This document shows positions 1 to 10,074 of a stretch of 64,000 bases of DNA, piece by piece (the first letter of the stretch is position 1; every line of letters starts with the position of its first letter). Source of the stretch: Candidatus Latescibacterota bacterium (GTDB lineage: Bacteria > Latescibacterota > UBA2968 > GCA-2709665). The notes under the pieces were generated by a model. The model did not search any database, had not been told where the DNA came from, and saw only the letters and a program-made list of their open reading frames with translations. A program made the translations under genes and the position numbers. The DNA lies in assembly GCA_965219455.1 (NCBI GenBank), contig OZ244744.1:5024001-5088000 (forward strand), written 5' to 3'.

Positions 1-2
1 TG

Positions 3-86
3 AAGAAGAGCGAGATGCAGAAGCGGCACGTCCTTTTTCAGGAAGAGGACAAGGACAGTTACGTGAAGACCATGCTGAAGGGGTAA
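3..86 (+). CDS. 3' end of an unidentified CDS running in from the left edge
   Basis: Open frame KKSEMQKRHVLFQEEDKDSYVKTMLKG ending in TAA at 84-86, with host-like codon usage. Confidence 0.5.
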   Translation, partial: KKSEMQKRHVLFQEEDKDSYVKTMLKG

Positions 87-396
87 CGGATGGGGAGCGG
101 CGGCTGCGCAGCGGCGAACTGGGCGGCAGCGGGTCCCGGATCAAACCGAATAGAGATCCGGCGCCAACGACCCGAAAACGGGGGCCTGCGGTTCGCTGCG
201 CAACATCGTCGAAGACCCACGACTCAACCATCGGATCGACGTTCGTCGAGGCGTGCTCGAAGCGAGGTGTTCAGAGATTCTGAAACAGTTTTTTCAAACA
301 TTGCGTCAGAAAAACCCGTAACGTAGCGACGGAATGGATTGCGGTAGCCGGATGGCGAAAGTCGCAATCAAATCTGGCGTGTCCCTGTGTTCGAGC

Positions 397-487
<91 letters not shown>

Positions 488-669
488 ATTTAATTCAATT
501 AATAAAATTACTCTGACATAGATATACGATTATTTTCAGGGATGAAAGGTCGTTTCGGCCCTTTCTCAGGACGTCTCCTTGCGGGTATTTCGAAAACTGC
601 GGGACGATCCAGCATACTAATAAGCTGGAATCGGCGATTAAGGGCGGAGGTACCATTCAAAGGAGAAGA

Positions 670-1335
670 ATGGTTAGAATGGCAATATCACTGGAGAAGC
701 TGATTCACCAGCGCATGCAGGATCTCGGTATCACACGCAGTGATCTTGTCCGTCGTATGGGGTATGCCAATGTCGCCAAAGGATGCCGGCGAATCGACCA
801 GATATGCTGTGGGCACGTTGAAATGGCAAAGAACCTGCGTGTCGAACTTTCCCAGGGCCTGGAGGTAAGAGTCGAGGTGGTAGATAAGGCTAAGGAAGTC
901 ACCCGTACCGAACAGATTGCGGCGGAGGACAAGGCCTATCGTGAATCCTTCAAGCCACACGCCGTCATGCTTACAGAAGAGACGGTACCATCTCAGATCA
1001 CTTTGTACGCGATGACTGGGGGAGCGCGCCATAGGATTATTCGATTCGAAGACGGGTCAGCACCGGAAACGCACGCGACACAGGCACAGGAAGCCCTTCC
1101 GGCCGAGATACCCTTTTTCGGGCCCCCAATCGGGTCTGTTGTAAACTACTCTCCGGATTTTGCTCTGAAGTTTAGCAAGGAAAGCAGGTTGACAGAAATG
1201 CTTAACCGTGCGTTTCGCGTTGGGCAGTTATCGGTCACTGTGGCAGGGAAGAAAATTAACGAGGGAACCTTGTCGACGCCTCTTAAGGATTCGCCTTCCC
1301 GGAGGTTGTTACAACAACAGAATCGGGAAGAATGA
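670..1335 (+). CDS. Hypothetical protein with N-terminal XRE/Cro-like HTH
   Basis: RBS AAGGAG upstream; LIHQRMQDLGITRSDLVRRMGY resembles an HTH. Confidence 0.65.
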   Translation: MVRMAISLEKLIHQRMQDLGITRSDLVRRMGYANVAKGCRRIDQICCGHVEMAKNLRVELSQGLEVRVEVVDKAKEVTRTEQIAAEDKAYRESFKPHAVMLTEETVPSQITLYAMTGGARHRIIRFEDGSAPETHATQAQEALPAEIPFFGPPIGSVVNYSPDFALKFSKESRLTEMLNRAFRVGQLSVTVAGKKINEGTLSTPLKDSPSRRLLQQQNREE

Positions 1336-1855
1336 TCCGTGTCGCGGCCCGTAAAGGGTCCGCTGCGCCGACGGGGCCCTGTCGCCCTTGACGGTCCGCG
1401 CCGCGCCGGAGAGAGCCGCACACGGCGTCCGGTCGGTCGAGGCGCGAAGACCGGCGCCTGCGCGCCTCGACCGCTGGTGAGGAATCAGCAGCGCCTGTAC
1501 CGCCAGCCGGTGTCGGGATGGAGCGCGCCCACTCGCGCTCTTCGACCGGCTCCGGGTCCGGCAGCCGTGACCAGTACGCCGCCGAGGGTTCGGGCTTGGG
1601 GCGGTCGGTCCTGGCCGCGAACTCGTCGGTCGCCGTGGCGTCGATGGCGTCCTGGCGCTTTTGGGCGCGTTCGATGTCGTGGTCTTCGCGGCACCGCTCG
1701 CAAGCCGTCGCCGGCTCGCCTTTCTTCTTGGTCGCCACCTTGTTCTTGCAGCGGCGGTGGCAACAGGTCGCGAGGCCGGTTTCGAGGATGGCGGGTCGGA
1801 CGAAGCCGGGCGGCACGGTGCCGCTCCACTGGGCAATCAGCGTTTCGAGGTCCAT
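1283..1855 (-). CDS. Small Cys-rich (possible Zn-ribbon) hypothetical protein; 3' end uncertain
   Basis: RBS CAGGAG before ATG at 1855; CCHRRC...CERC motif; low-complexity tail overlaps the converging ORF. Confidence 0.45.
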   Translation of the reverse strand: MDLETLIAQWSGTVPPGFVRPAILETGLATCCHRRCKNKVATKKKGEPATACERCREDHDIERAQKRQDAIDATATDEFAARTDRPKPEPSAAYWSRLPDPEPVEEREWARSIPTPAGGTGAADSSPAVEARRRRSSRLDRPDAVCGSLRRGADRQGRQGPVGAADPLRAATRIILPDSVVVTTSGKANP

Positions 1856-2510
1856 GGTGAGTCTCCTGTCCAGGCTTGGGTTGCCGACGCGGGATTGAGC
1901 TGGTGCTTGGACAGGCGGCATGCGCGTGCAGGCCGGTCACCTCGCGTAGCGAGGTCGAAGCGAAGGGTAGAACCCGCCAGGGTTGAGCGGCGAGCACGTG
2001 TGCCAGCATAGGCCGCATCCGACGGAAGAGACATCGGTCGTCGTCGCGGAAGGGTGATGGACGCTCGGAAAGCGACGGCCCCGAGCCAGATAGTCTGTCG
2101 CATTAAGAGCGACGACCCGGGCGGCGCACTGCGGCGAAGTCGACGTGTCGCTTGTCCTGTGACCAACCCTGAACGCACACGTCTGGGCGGTGGACACGAA
2201 TCAGCGGGGCGAGAGTTGCGGCATCACCGGGCCGAGCCCGGAAGCGTTGGCGGCCGTTACCCGAATGGGCCGAGACCGCGTGCGGGCTCGGTTCGCCGCA
2301 GGCGAATAGGACGCGGGCCGGAGGCAACGCCCGAAAGGCGATCCTAGACCGAGCGGTCGAGCATCGCTTGCAGGTTCGTGCGACAGGGGGAGATCCTGGG
2401 CTAGCGGCTGGGACCGGATGGGGTAGGCGTGACTTGAGGATTGTGGAGCGTGAGGGCGTCCATGGTGCGCAGCAACTACAATGGCCGACGGCACGTAGAT
2501 CGGAGGAACT

Positions 2511-5500
2511 ATGGCTCGTGACAGCGAACTGATAGCGCGTGCGATAGCGGCGGCTGAGCGTCTCTTTGATGCGCCGGGCGAAACCGGCGACATCTTCGAA
2601 CCACGCGATCAGCACACGGCCAAAGCGGCGGTTAGGCGGTTCAGCGAGCTATTTGCTGAGCTTCGTGGAGTAGCGAAGTCTGTCATGGAGAGCGCTCGAA
2701 ACAGCGGGGATCTGGTGTCCAGCGACCCATTGCAGGGCTTGGCGGAAATTGTGCAGAACGCAGACGATGTTGAGGCGACGGAGATCCGGTTACAGCTCGG
2801 TCCGGGCGAGCTACTGGTGAGCCACAACGGCAATCCAGTGCGTTTGGCTCACGTACTAGCCGTGGCAACGCCATGGCTTACGACTAAGGGCGGGGAAGCG
2901 GTGCTGATGGGTCGCTTCGGAATAGGGCTTACGACGCTGAGGTCATTGTCGGAGACGTTTGAGGTCCACTGCGATCCCTACCATGTGCGGTTCGGCGATC
3001 GTTTCGTTTCGCCAATCCGCGCGCGGCGCCTGCCAGCCGGACTCGATCAGGCGGGATGGACTACGTTTCGGGTTCCCTTGTCGAAGGGCAAGGTTCGCCC
3101 GGAACAGCTCTCGGCTTGGCTGCGCCGCTGGGACGACTCCGCGATGTTGTTCCTTCGCACTGTGTCGAGGATTGCCCTTCGAACAGCGCGTGACGAGAGT
3201 GTCATGGCACTGGGGATCTCGCGAGGAAGGCCGGAGGACGTTTCCGACGGTCCGTCGTACAGGAACGGTGGCGTGTCCCGGCAGCAAGTGACCGCGCAAG
3301 ACGGACGTTCGTGGATCGTCTACAGGGCCGAGTTCCCGACTCCCGAGGATGTGGAGCGTGCTCACAAGGCAACTGAGCCCACTACGCCGGCCGCGGTCGC
3401 GCTTCCGTTGCACGACGTTGAGGGTGGCAAGATCCATGCTGGGTTGCCAGTGGCGGCAACGGGAATGGCGGTATTCGCAAACGCCCAGTTCGACCCAACG
3501 ACGAGTCGACAGGAGTTCCCCGAAAACGAGTGGAACAAGGCGCTCGTCCCGATCGTGGCCAAGCTCTGGTCAACAGCCGTGCTCGACACCTTCGACCGGG
3601 ATCCCAGATCTGCATGGCAGGCGATACCCATCGGCGAAGTGCCGGAAGATCAACCCCAAATGCCAATCGTCAGCCGCCTAGAAGGCGCGGTGATAGCCAG
3701 TGCCCGAAAGCGGGTAGCGGCGAACTTGGCGCTCCCCGTGGCCGGTAAGGGGCGATTGCCTCTGCGCGAACTAGCGGTCGAGGACAGACCTCTTGGTCGG
3801 GTATTGACGCCGAAAGAAGTCGCCGGGCTCGCGGGGCTGGAGGCGATGCTTCCGGCAGAGGTCCGCGATGCACAAGGAAAGTGGTGGGCGGTGTTGGAGG
3901 ACTGGCGGGCAGCCGGCGTGGATCTGCCGACGCCCGTAAGCGTGGAACAGGCGCTGGTTCTCCTTGAGGACGAGGAGCGAGTACCCGGAAGGGTGGTTGC
4001 ACTGAGCGCAGTCGCGTTAAAGGAAAACCTCGGTGAGCGGTTACTTGGGCTACCTTGCGTAGTTGGGCGCGACGAGCGCCGTCTGGTGCCACCGCTGGAA
4101 GATGCGCCAGAGGCTGTCGCTGTGGAAGTTTCGCCATTGGCACAGCAACTTGGCGTGGTTACGCCGTTGCATCCCGCCCATCTCACCGACGAGCCGGGCG
4201 CCCAGAGAGTCCTCAAATGGCTACGTGAGTGCGGCGCCGTGGTGGATGGCAGAGACGATCGTGAAGTGGTCAAGCGGCTTGCTGCCGCAGGCCGGTCGGA
4301 TCGGCGAATTCCGCGAGCTCTCCAACTCGAGCAGGTGCAGGCGCTGCGCGCCGTCTTTGAACGATTGGATCCGCAGGAGCGCGAACGCGTTGGGGGTGAC
4401 GTCGGACGGGCTCTGGAACTGGATGCCTTTGAGTACGAGGTGACAGGCAAAAGGAAGCGCCGGAAGACAACAACTGCCGAGCCCGCTAGTGCCTACTTGC
4501 CGAAGACGATTGAGCGAGAAGAAAAGGGGTTCGCGGTGGCGGCCGACAAGGCGCCGGGAATTGCGTGGATAAGTGGTCGTTATGACCGCCAGCTCCGTTC
4601 GTCGCTGGGCCGGCAAGGGGTCGGAGCACAGAAATTCTTGCGGCTGCTGGGCGTCGAAACGGCGCCAAGGATCCGACGGCACCCGGGACTTAGGAAACGG
4701 TATGAGATCGACCCGACGCCGGCCTTGCCGGCGAACATTGACGACGGCGTCTCTGCGCGCACTGAGGAAATGGAAAGCCGCGGGGCGACCCACACGCTCG
4801 AGGATCGAGACTCGCCCGATCTCACAGTCGTGATCCAGGACATAGCGAGGGTTCGGCGCGGCCCGCAGAGGCGAAAGCGGGCGGCAGCGCTGGTTTCGAC
4901 ATTGGCACGAGCTTGGGTCCGGCTGGGGGACAATGCAGAGGTCCGATCCGCCTCCGCCTATCACGGCTGGAACGAGAAGGGCGAGATGCCTGCCTACTGG
5001 ATCTGGCAGGGGCGCGATGTCGCCTGGCTGGATGACGAGCAGGGAAAGCCCCGGCGACCGTCGGAATTACGTGTGCGTACTCCCGTCACTGAGGCGGTCT
5101 ACGGCGCTGATTCCCCGAACTACATCCATTCAGAACTCCACAATCGAAACTCGCAGCCGGTGTTGAGCGCCCTAGGAGTCTGCGCCGCAGAAAACTCACT
5201 ATACTATATATAGTTAAAGAAGATATCTGAGGACACTATATATAGTATAGTGCGGTGCTCAAATCAGTTCTGGAGCGCAGGCTCCTAGGCGTGGCCGGTG
5301 CTCCGAGTCGTAGGCAACTTGTGAACCGGCTTAAGGAGTTACGCGCTGCAATGCGGGCCGGTGAGTATGCGGCACAGGAGGTGGAGAAGGAGGCGGCTGT
5401 TGTGTACAAGGCGCTCGCACGTTCGCTTCAGAGTCCGAGTTCTAGGTCACAGCTTAACCGGACCCAGTTGCGACGCGAGTTCGCGCGCGAGGACGGGCTG

Positions 5501-7192
5501 ATACTCACGAGCACCGGCTGGCGCACCCCCCAACGCGTTTTCGGTGGGGAAGCAATCCTTGGGAGCTACAGTGTGTTCGCACCTGCCGTGAGCGACACTG
5601 ACGCGCTCTGGGACGCTCTTGGACTGAATCGCCCATCGGTCATGGACTGCGTGAGGGCGATTCGGAAGATCGCGCGTCGTTTTCCGGTGGACACTCAGGA
5701 TGAAGCGATCCTGCTGGATGCATTTCGGGTCATCGCTGGGGAGTACGGTCCGACAACCACTGCCAAGGAGCGTCGGGCGCTTCGGGAACTGCCCCTGTTG
5801 ACGACGCGAGGTTGGACGCGCCAGCGCCCGGTATATGCGACCGACGACCGTTCGTTGACGGAAGGCTTGGGGGATCGCGTGCCGATATGGAAATCGGGTG
5901 GAGAGCTTCGGCAGTTTGCCAGAATCGTTGAGGCGCTCCGCGTGCTGCCGATAGATGCTGCCGACGCGGAGGTGGTCGATCCAGACTTGGCCGAGGAAGA
6001 CGAGGAGTGCACGGAATTGTTCCGGGAAGCGATCCAACAACTGCATGAGGACTTGGTCCGAAACGAGGCTGATCTCGCACGCAGCCTAACAGTGCCTTGG
6101 GAGCGCCTAGAGAGTTTCAGCGTACGCGCCCACTCGTCGCTGACGTTACGAGTGCCTGTCGAGGAGGGCGCGGGGGAACAATACGACTGCGCGATTGCGG
6201 TCAAGGTGGACGCGGACCGTGGGGCCGTGTTCGTTCGGAGGCAAGGGGACTTGGCCCGCGTGGATCGGGGCGGCCAAGCACTGTCCATGCTCTTCAAAGG
6301 GGATGGCCGTCGTCTAGCCCATGCGTGGCGGGGAGCCTGGGATCGAGCGGAGGAAGGGCGTCCGGCGACCATCCTGGAACTCGCGCAAGAACGCAAGGCA
6401 CGGGAGGAGAGAGAGAACGACCTGAGCCTGGCGGAGCGCATTGCGGCGTTTCGAGAAGGCACGTCACGCCGTCACCGGACTGGCAGCCGGGCGGGCGGCG
6501 GGAAGAAGGGGGGAGGCAACGAGCCATCGGACCATGAGGAGTCCAGCGGGACGGGGAATGGCAATGGCACAAAGCCTGTTCCGCCGCGCCGGGAGCTCGT
6601 GAAACCCAGTACGCTCAGGCTGCGTGACCCAAAAGGACAGGCAACCGAGCGGACGAATAGCCGCAAGCCGCGAACGAGAACCGGTGGTGGGGGTCTCGTG
6701 GAGCCAGGGGGCTCTGCGCCACCGAAGACTAGAACAACGCCCCGGAATTACACCAGCGAGGAAAGGGAACGGGTTGGTCTGGAACTCCTCCAAATGGTCC
6801 TTGGGCGCGACCTTGTCGACGTTCGTGCTAAGCGTAGAGTGGGGGCAGATGCGGTGGACGAACAAGAACGGTACTTCGAACTGAAGGTTAGCGCCGGCAG
6901 TGAGCCTGACGTGGTCTCACTTACGGCGTCTGAAGTGATGCGGGCTGCCACCGATCCCGACAACTTCGTTCTGGTTGTGGTGTCCGATGTGGAGGCCACT
7001 GATGCGTACCCAACGGTTCGCCTAGTCCCGGATCCATTGAGGGTACTCGAACCAGGGACGGACGACGGGAAGATTAACCTTGCCGGTGTACGAGAATCGC
7101 AGAGTCACGTCTATCAGTTCGAGCCAGACAACGACGCTGTTGGGAGCAATGACGAGGAGCCGGCAGCAACACCCGATGTCGGTTTAGAGTGA
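2511..7192 (+). pseudogene. Sacsin-like GHKL ATPase with C-terminal DUF3883/NOV-C-like PD-(D/E)xK domain, interrupted by a MITE (1522 aa if restored)
   Basis: GGAGG RBS; EIVQNADD, SHNG and GRFGIGL GHKL boxes; C-terminal GADAVD..YFELK and LTASE motifs; removing 113 bp joins ORFs 2511-5213 and 5255-7192 in frame (SAL/GVAGAPSRRQLVNRL). Confidence 0.85.
5176..5284. mobile_element. 109-bp MITE with IS1182-type ends and CTAG target duplication
   Basis: Left end GAGTCTGCGCCGCAGAAAA is identical to an IS1182 end in this window; right end TTCTGGAGCGCAGGCTC; CTAG at 5172-5175 and 5285-5288. Confidence 0.9.
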
Positions 7193-7205
7193 GGGAGCTA
7201 CTCGA

Positions 7206-8066
7206 TTGAGTGACCGACCGACTATCGACGCAAACCGGTTTCTTCCATTCCGGTATCGCGGCACATCGCACCTAAAGCTCACGCCGGATGAACGTCCTCA
7301 ACTGGATCACGGGGTCATTTCGATAGTTTGGAATGCCGGTACCCTGCATGTTCAGTATGTCGGACTTGAAGGAATCCCTGAATCAGCAGTCGACACCGTC
7401 GGTGAGGCGATGTGGCGATTCTCCACTGAATGTCAGCTAATGGCCGTCTTGTACGCGGGTGTGCTACCTGGTCGAGAGACAATGCAAGCCCGGATCGGTT
7501 TGAGCGGTAATCGGGATGATCCCTACGCCATCTCTACAACCGACAAGCACGGGAAGGTGTCGGCCGTTTGGGCATGGGTCCCGAAGGGCACGGTATTCGA
7601 TGCGTTTTCTGCGGGCGGTGAGTTCGAGACAACGTTCGCGAAGTCATTCGTGGTATCTGCTTACCACGCGTGGGAGGAGGTCACTCGACCGAAGATCGCA
7701 CAGGCATTGGGCACTTCGCACAACGACGTTCGATCCGATCTGATGGGCGAGTGGCGGCACCTCCGAAACTGGCTCGTGCATCCAAGTGAGGAAACTGAGA
7801 GAACCTATTTCAAGCACGCCAGCTTGCTGGCGAGGATTCCAGGAAGTCCGTCGCCCGGAGAGGTGCCGAAGATCAAGGCGGACATGGTGTTGCCAATGAT
7901 GGGCTATCTGAATCACCTGCGTGTGACTGTGAATCCGGATGGTCTGGATCCGGGCATGACGACTGTGCCATTAGACCCTGCATTGGCTGAGAAAATCGCA
8001 AGAGAGACTGAACCTGGCGTGGTGCTGGTACCCATCTGGCGAGGATTCCAAATGCCCGACGCCTAG
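7206..8066 (+). CDS. Hypothetical protein, putative HEPN-like RNase
   Basis: TTG start 13 bp after the upstream stop, with GAGGGAG RBS; RNWLVH (Rx4H) at 7764-7781 preceded by helical SAYHAWEE. Confidence 0.6.
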   Translation: MSDRPTIDANRFLPFRYRGTSHLKLTPDERPQLDHGVISIVWNAGTLHVQYVGLEGIPESAVDTVGEAMWRFSTECQLMAVLYAGVLPGRETMQARIGLSGNRDDPYAISTTDKHGKVSAVWAWVPKGTVFDAFSAGGEFETTFAKSFVVSAYHAWEEVTRPKIAQALGTSHNDVRSDLMGEWRHLRNWLVHPSEETERTYFKHASLLARIPGSPSPGEVPKIKADMVLPMMGYLNHLRVTVNPDGLDPGMTTVPLDPALAEKIARETEPGVVLVPIWRGFQMPDA

Positions 8067-8130
8067 GTCGGAGCGGGGCTAAGCGCCCGGTCCCATCGCA
8101 GCACGCTGTGAAGGTGGAACCGGGGCACAG

Positions 8131-8638
8131 TCAGTCGCTGGCAGACACGTAGTCGGACCACTGGTGCATGAGTTCACGGCGACTTTCGAACAGATCGCTG
8201 CGCCGGGAGGCGGCCTCCACGCGATCATTGTTGACGTGCGCCAACGCGAGTTCGCAGACCTCGCGCGGCGCGGCACGTCCGTCCTTTCGGCGGCCCAGTC
8301 GCGAAAACTGGACCGGAAGCCGTGCGGCACGACGCCGATGCCCAGCTCCCGCAGGAGCTTGGAGAGCGTACTGTCGCTGAGGACCCGCCCTGTCGGAGTC
8401 GGGAACACGAGACCGCTCTTGTCGGAGAGTTCGCGCGCCTCGTCGAGGACGGCCACCGCTCGCTCCGAGAGCGGCACCCGGTGCTCGAGCTTCGCCTTCA
8501 TCCGTTCCGGCGGAACGGTCTCCACGTGGCCGCCGCGTCGTCCACCTCGTCCCACCGCGCGCCGCGTCCGTCGCCGTAGCGGCCGGGAACGTTGACGGTG
8601 TTGACGAAGGTGGCGGAGAGCCGCTTGGGGCGTTTCAC
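8131..8638 (-). pseudogene. P4-like tyrosine integrase remnant
   Basis: Arm-binding start VKRPKRLSATFVNTVNVPGRYGDGRG joined to ARWDEVD; MKAKLEHRVPLS and HGFRSSFRDWAAE motifs; two frameshifts; EAASRR where EAAYRR is expected. Confidence 0.9.
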
Positions 8639-8678
8639 GGGGTACCTTGCTATCACTTCCGTTATCACAATTTTGGGA

Positions 8679-8707
8679 AGTATGCGCGGATCTGCGTGGA
8701 ACGTCAA
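8679..8707 (-). promoter_or_regulatory. Putative sigma70 promoter of the integrase
   Basis: TTGACG-N17-CATACT on the minus strand, about 40 bp upstream of the GTG. Confidence 0.5.
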
Positions 8708-8790
8708 GCGCCTTAAATCGTATATTTATCAGACTGTTAAATGAACTTTGGGGGGCTTCTGGATGCGGATGAAATCCGGGTTCTGGCGGT

Positions 8791-8804
8791 CTCCCTCTCC
8801 GCCA
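8791..8804 (+). repeat. att-like copy of a tRNA-Ser 3' end
   Basis: CTCCCTCTCCGCCA matches 14 bp at 17445-17458 and 12 bp at 476-487. Confidence 0.7.
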
Positions 8805-8986
8805 GAATTCCAATAACATATTTATAATCAATATCGTATGAATTAAAAGCCCGTCGTAGGCAGATGGCGATCCGGGCCGGAGTGTGTACAGTCTGCGAAC
8901 AGGACTGGATGGATGCATGGCATCTGAAAGAGCCGCCACGGCCAACCCTGAATGCACAGATCGTCGCGCTGACGTCCGGCGCGCCG

Positions 8987-9649
8987 CTACACGAACCCCT
9001 CGTCGACAAGCTGGCTCCCACGCGACGTGATCTCATGGCGCTGTCCCGATCCGTTAACCATTCGGCACCAACTTTCGGAGAAGAGCTCGGTCTGAGTACC
9101 TTCTTGCGCCAGTCGATAGGTGAATCCACCGGCCATACCGGGTACGGGAAACCACATTTCCGGTGTATCCAGTTCCAGCAACGGCTCCAGTTCCGGCAAT
9201 CGAAGTTCCTGTTCATCCACCAGGTGTTCGGCGCGACCGCGGATGACGGCGTGGAAGTGCGCTTGAACCTTGAGAAGCACCTCGCGTGGAACGTGGTGCT
9301 CGAATTCGGGAGCCAGAACCCGGATCAGGTGGCGATGCCCTCGCCGTTCCGCCACGTCCACTGCCCGCTCTCCGCGGGCATTCCGGAGCGTCCGCCACGC
9401 GCCCAGATCGATCAGACGCTGGACCACCGCAACTTCCGCGCCGTGCCAGGCAGCCTGATGCAGAGGGGCATGCCAGGACGACCCGCCAGGCCGAATAGAG
9501 TTGACCCACTTCACAGGTTTGGATAGAAGCTCGAAAACACGTGACCAATCGTCGTGTCTGGCGGCATCTGTTACAGCATGCCGGGTCTGAACCGGTTTGT
9601 CGTCGACAGCCCGGGCCTGCGCCAGGCCGTCGCAGTGGATGTCGTCCAT
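8987..9649 (-). CDS. Ankyrin-repeat domain protein
   Basis: APLHQAAWHG..VVQRLIDLGA..RNARGERAVDVA ankyrin motifs; start codon uncertain. Confidence 0.75.
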   Translation of the reverse strand: MDDIHCDGLAQARAVDDKPVQTRHAVTDAARHDDWSRVFELLSKPVKWVNSIRPGGSSWHAPLHQAAWHGAEVAVVQRLIDLGAWRTLRNARGERAVDVAERRGHRHLIRVLAPEFEHHVPREVLLKVQAHFHAVIRGRAEHLVDEQELRLPELEPLLELDTPEMWFPVPGMAGGFTYRLAQEGTQTELFSESWCRMVNGSGQRHEITSRGSQLVDEGFV

Positions 9650-9889
9650 TCCCAGATTATCTTTTGACCCGCTTGTCGCCGATGCACGGGAAGGTGTACG
9701 ACGGTAGGCTTGTCGTCCAGTCGTGGGCATGCTTCGGGTTGCGCCTACCACCACGCATCTGCTTTACCTCCTCGGCGACGATGCAGCGGGAAGCCGCGGA
9801 GCAAGAATTCGTCGGAATGTCGGCCATCGCGTTGGGCCGTTCATGGATTTCTCGCGAGTTCTACCATTTTTCACCCCAGCCCCAATTGG

Positions 9890-10058
9890 TCTCTTGAATC
9901 TGGCGAAATTAAAGGGGCACGTCAAGGCGAGTTCGATTCGAAATCTCCGTTCCGCCATCGATCACTTCATTGACGCCTATAACGAGAACGCTCACCCCTA
10001 CCAATGGAAAGCGACAAGAGTCACCCGGAAAACCATTAATAATAAACATTCTAATTAA
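9890..10058 (+). pseudogene. IS630-family transposase C-terminal remnant
   Basis: SIRNLRSAIDHFIDAYNENAHPYQWKA resembles IS630 C-termini. Confidence 0.55.
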
Positions 10059-10074
10059 TGCAAGTCGAGCATAG

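Larger units (their letters stand above)
488..8804. mobile_element. Decayed tRNA-Ser-integrated element (P4-type integrase)
   Basis: tRNA 3' end CCCTCTCCGCCA (476-487) recurs at 8793-8804 next to an integrase pseudogene; the cargo is accessory genes. Confidence 0.7.

Noticed and set aside
106-202. Imperfect long inverted repeat after the first CDS
   Set aside because: Single copy, GC-rich and with no family features; it cannot be distinguished from a terminator or REP-like hairpin
1860-2010. C4/immI-like antisense RNA leader
   Set aside because: There is only a loose resemblance (GTCGGCAACCC), and paired target boxes could not be identified
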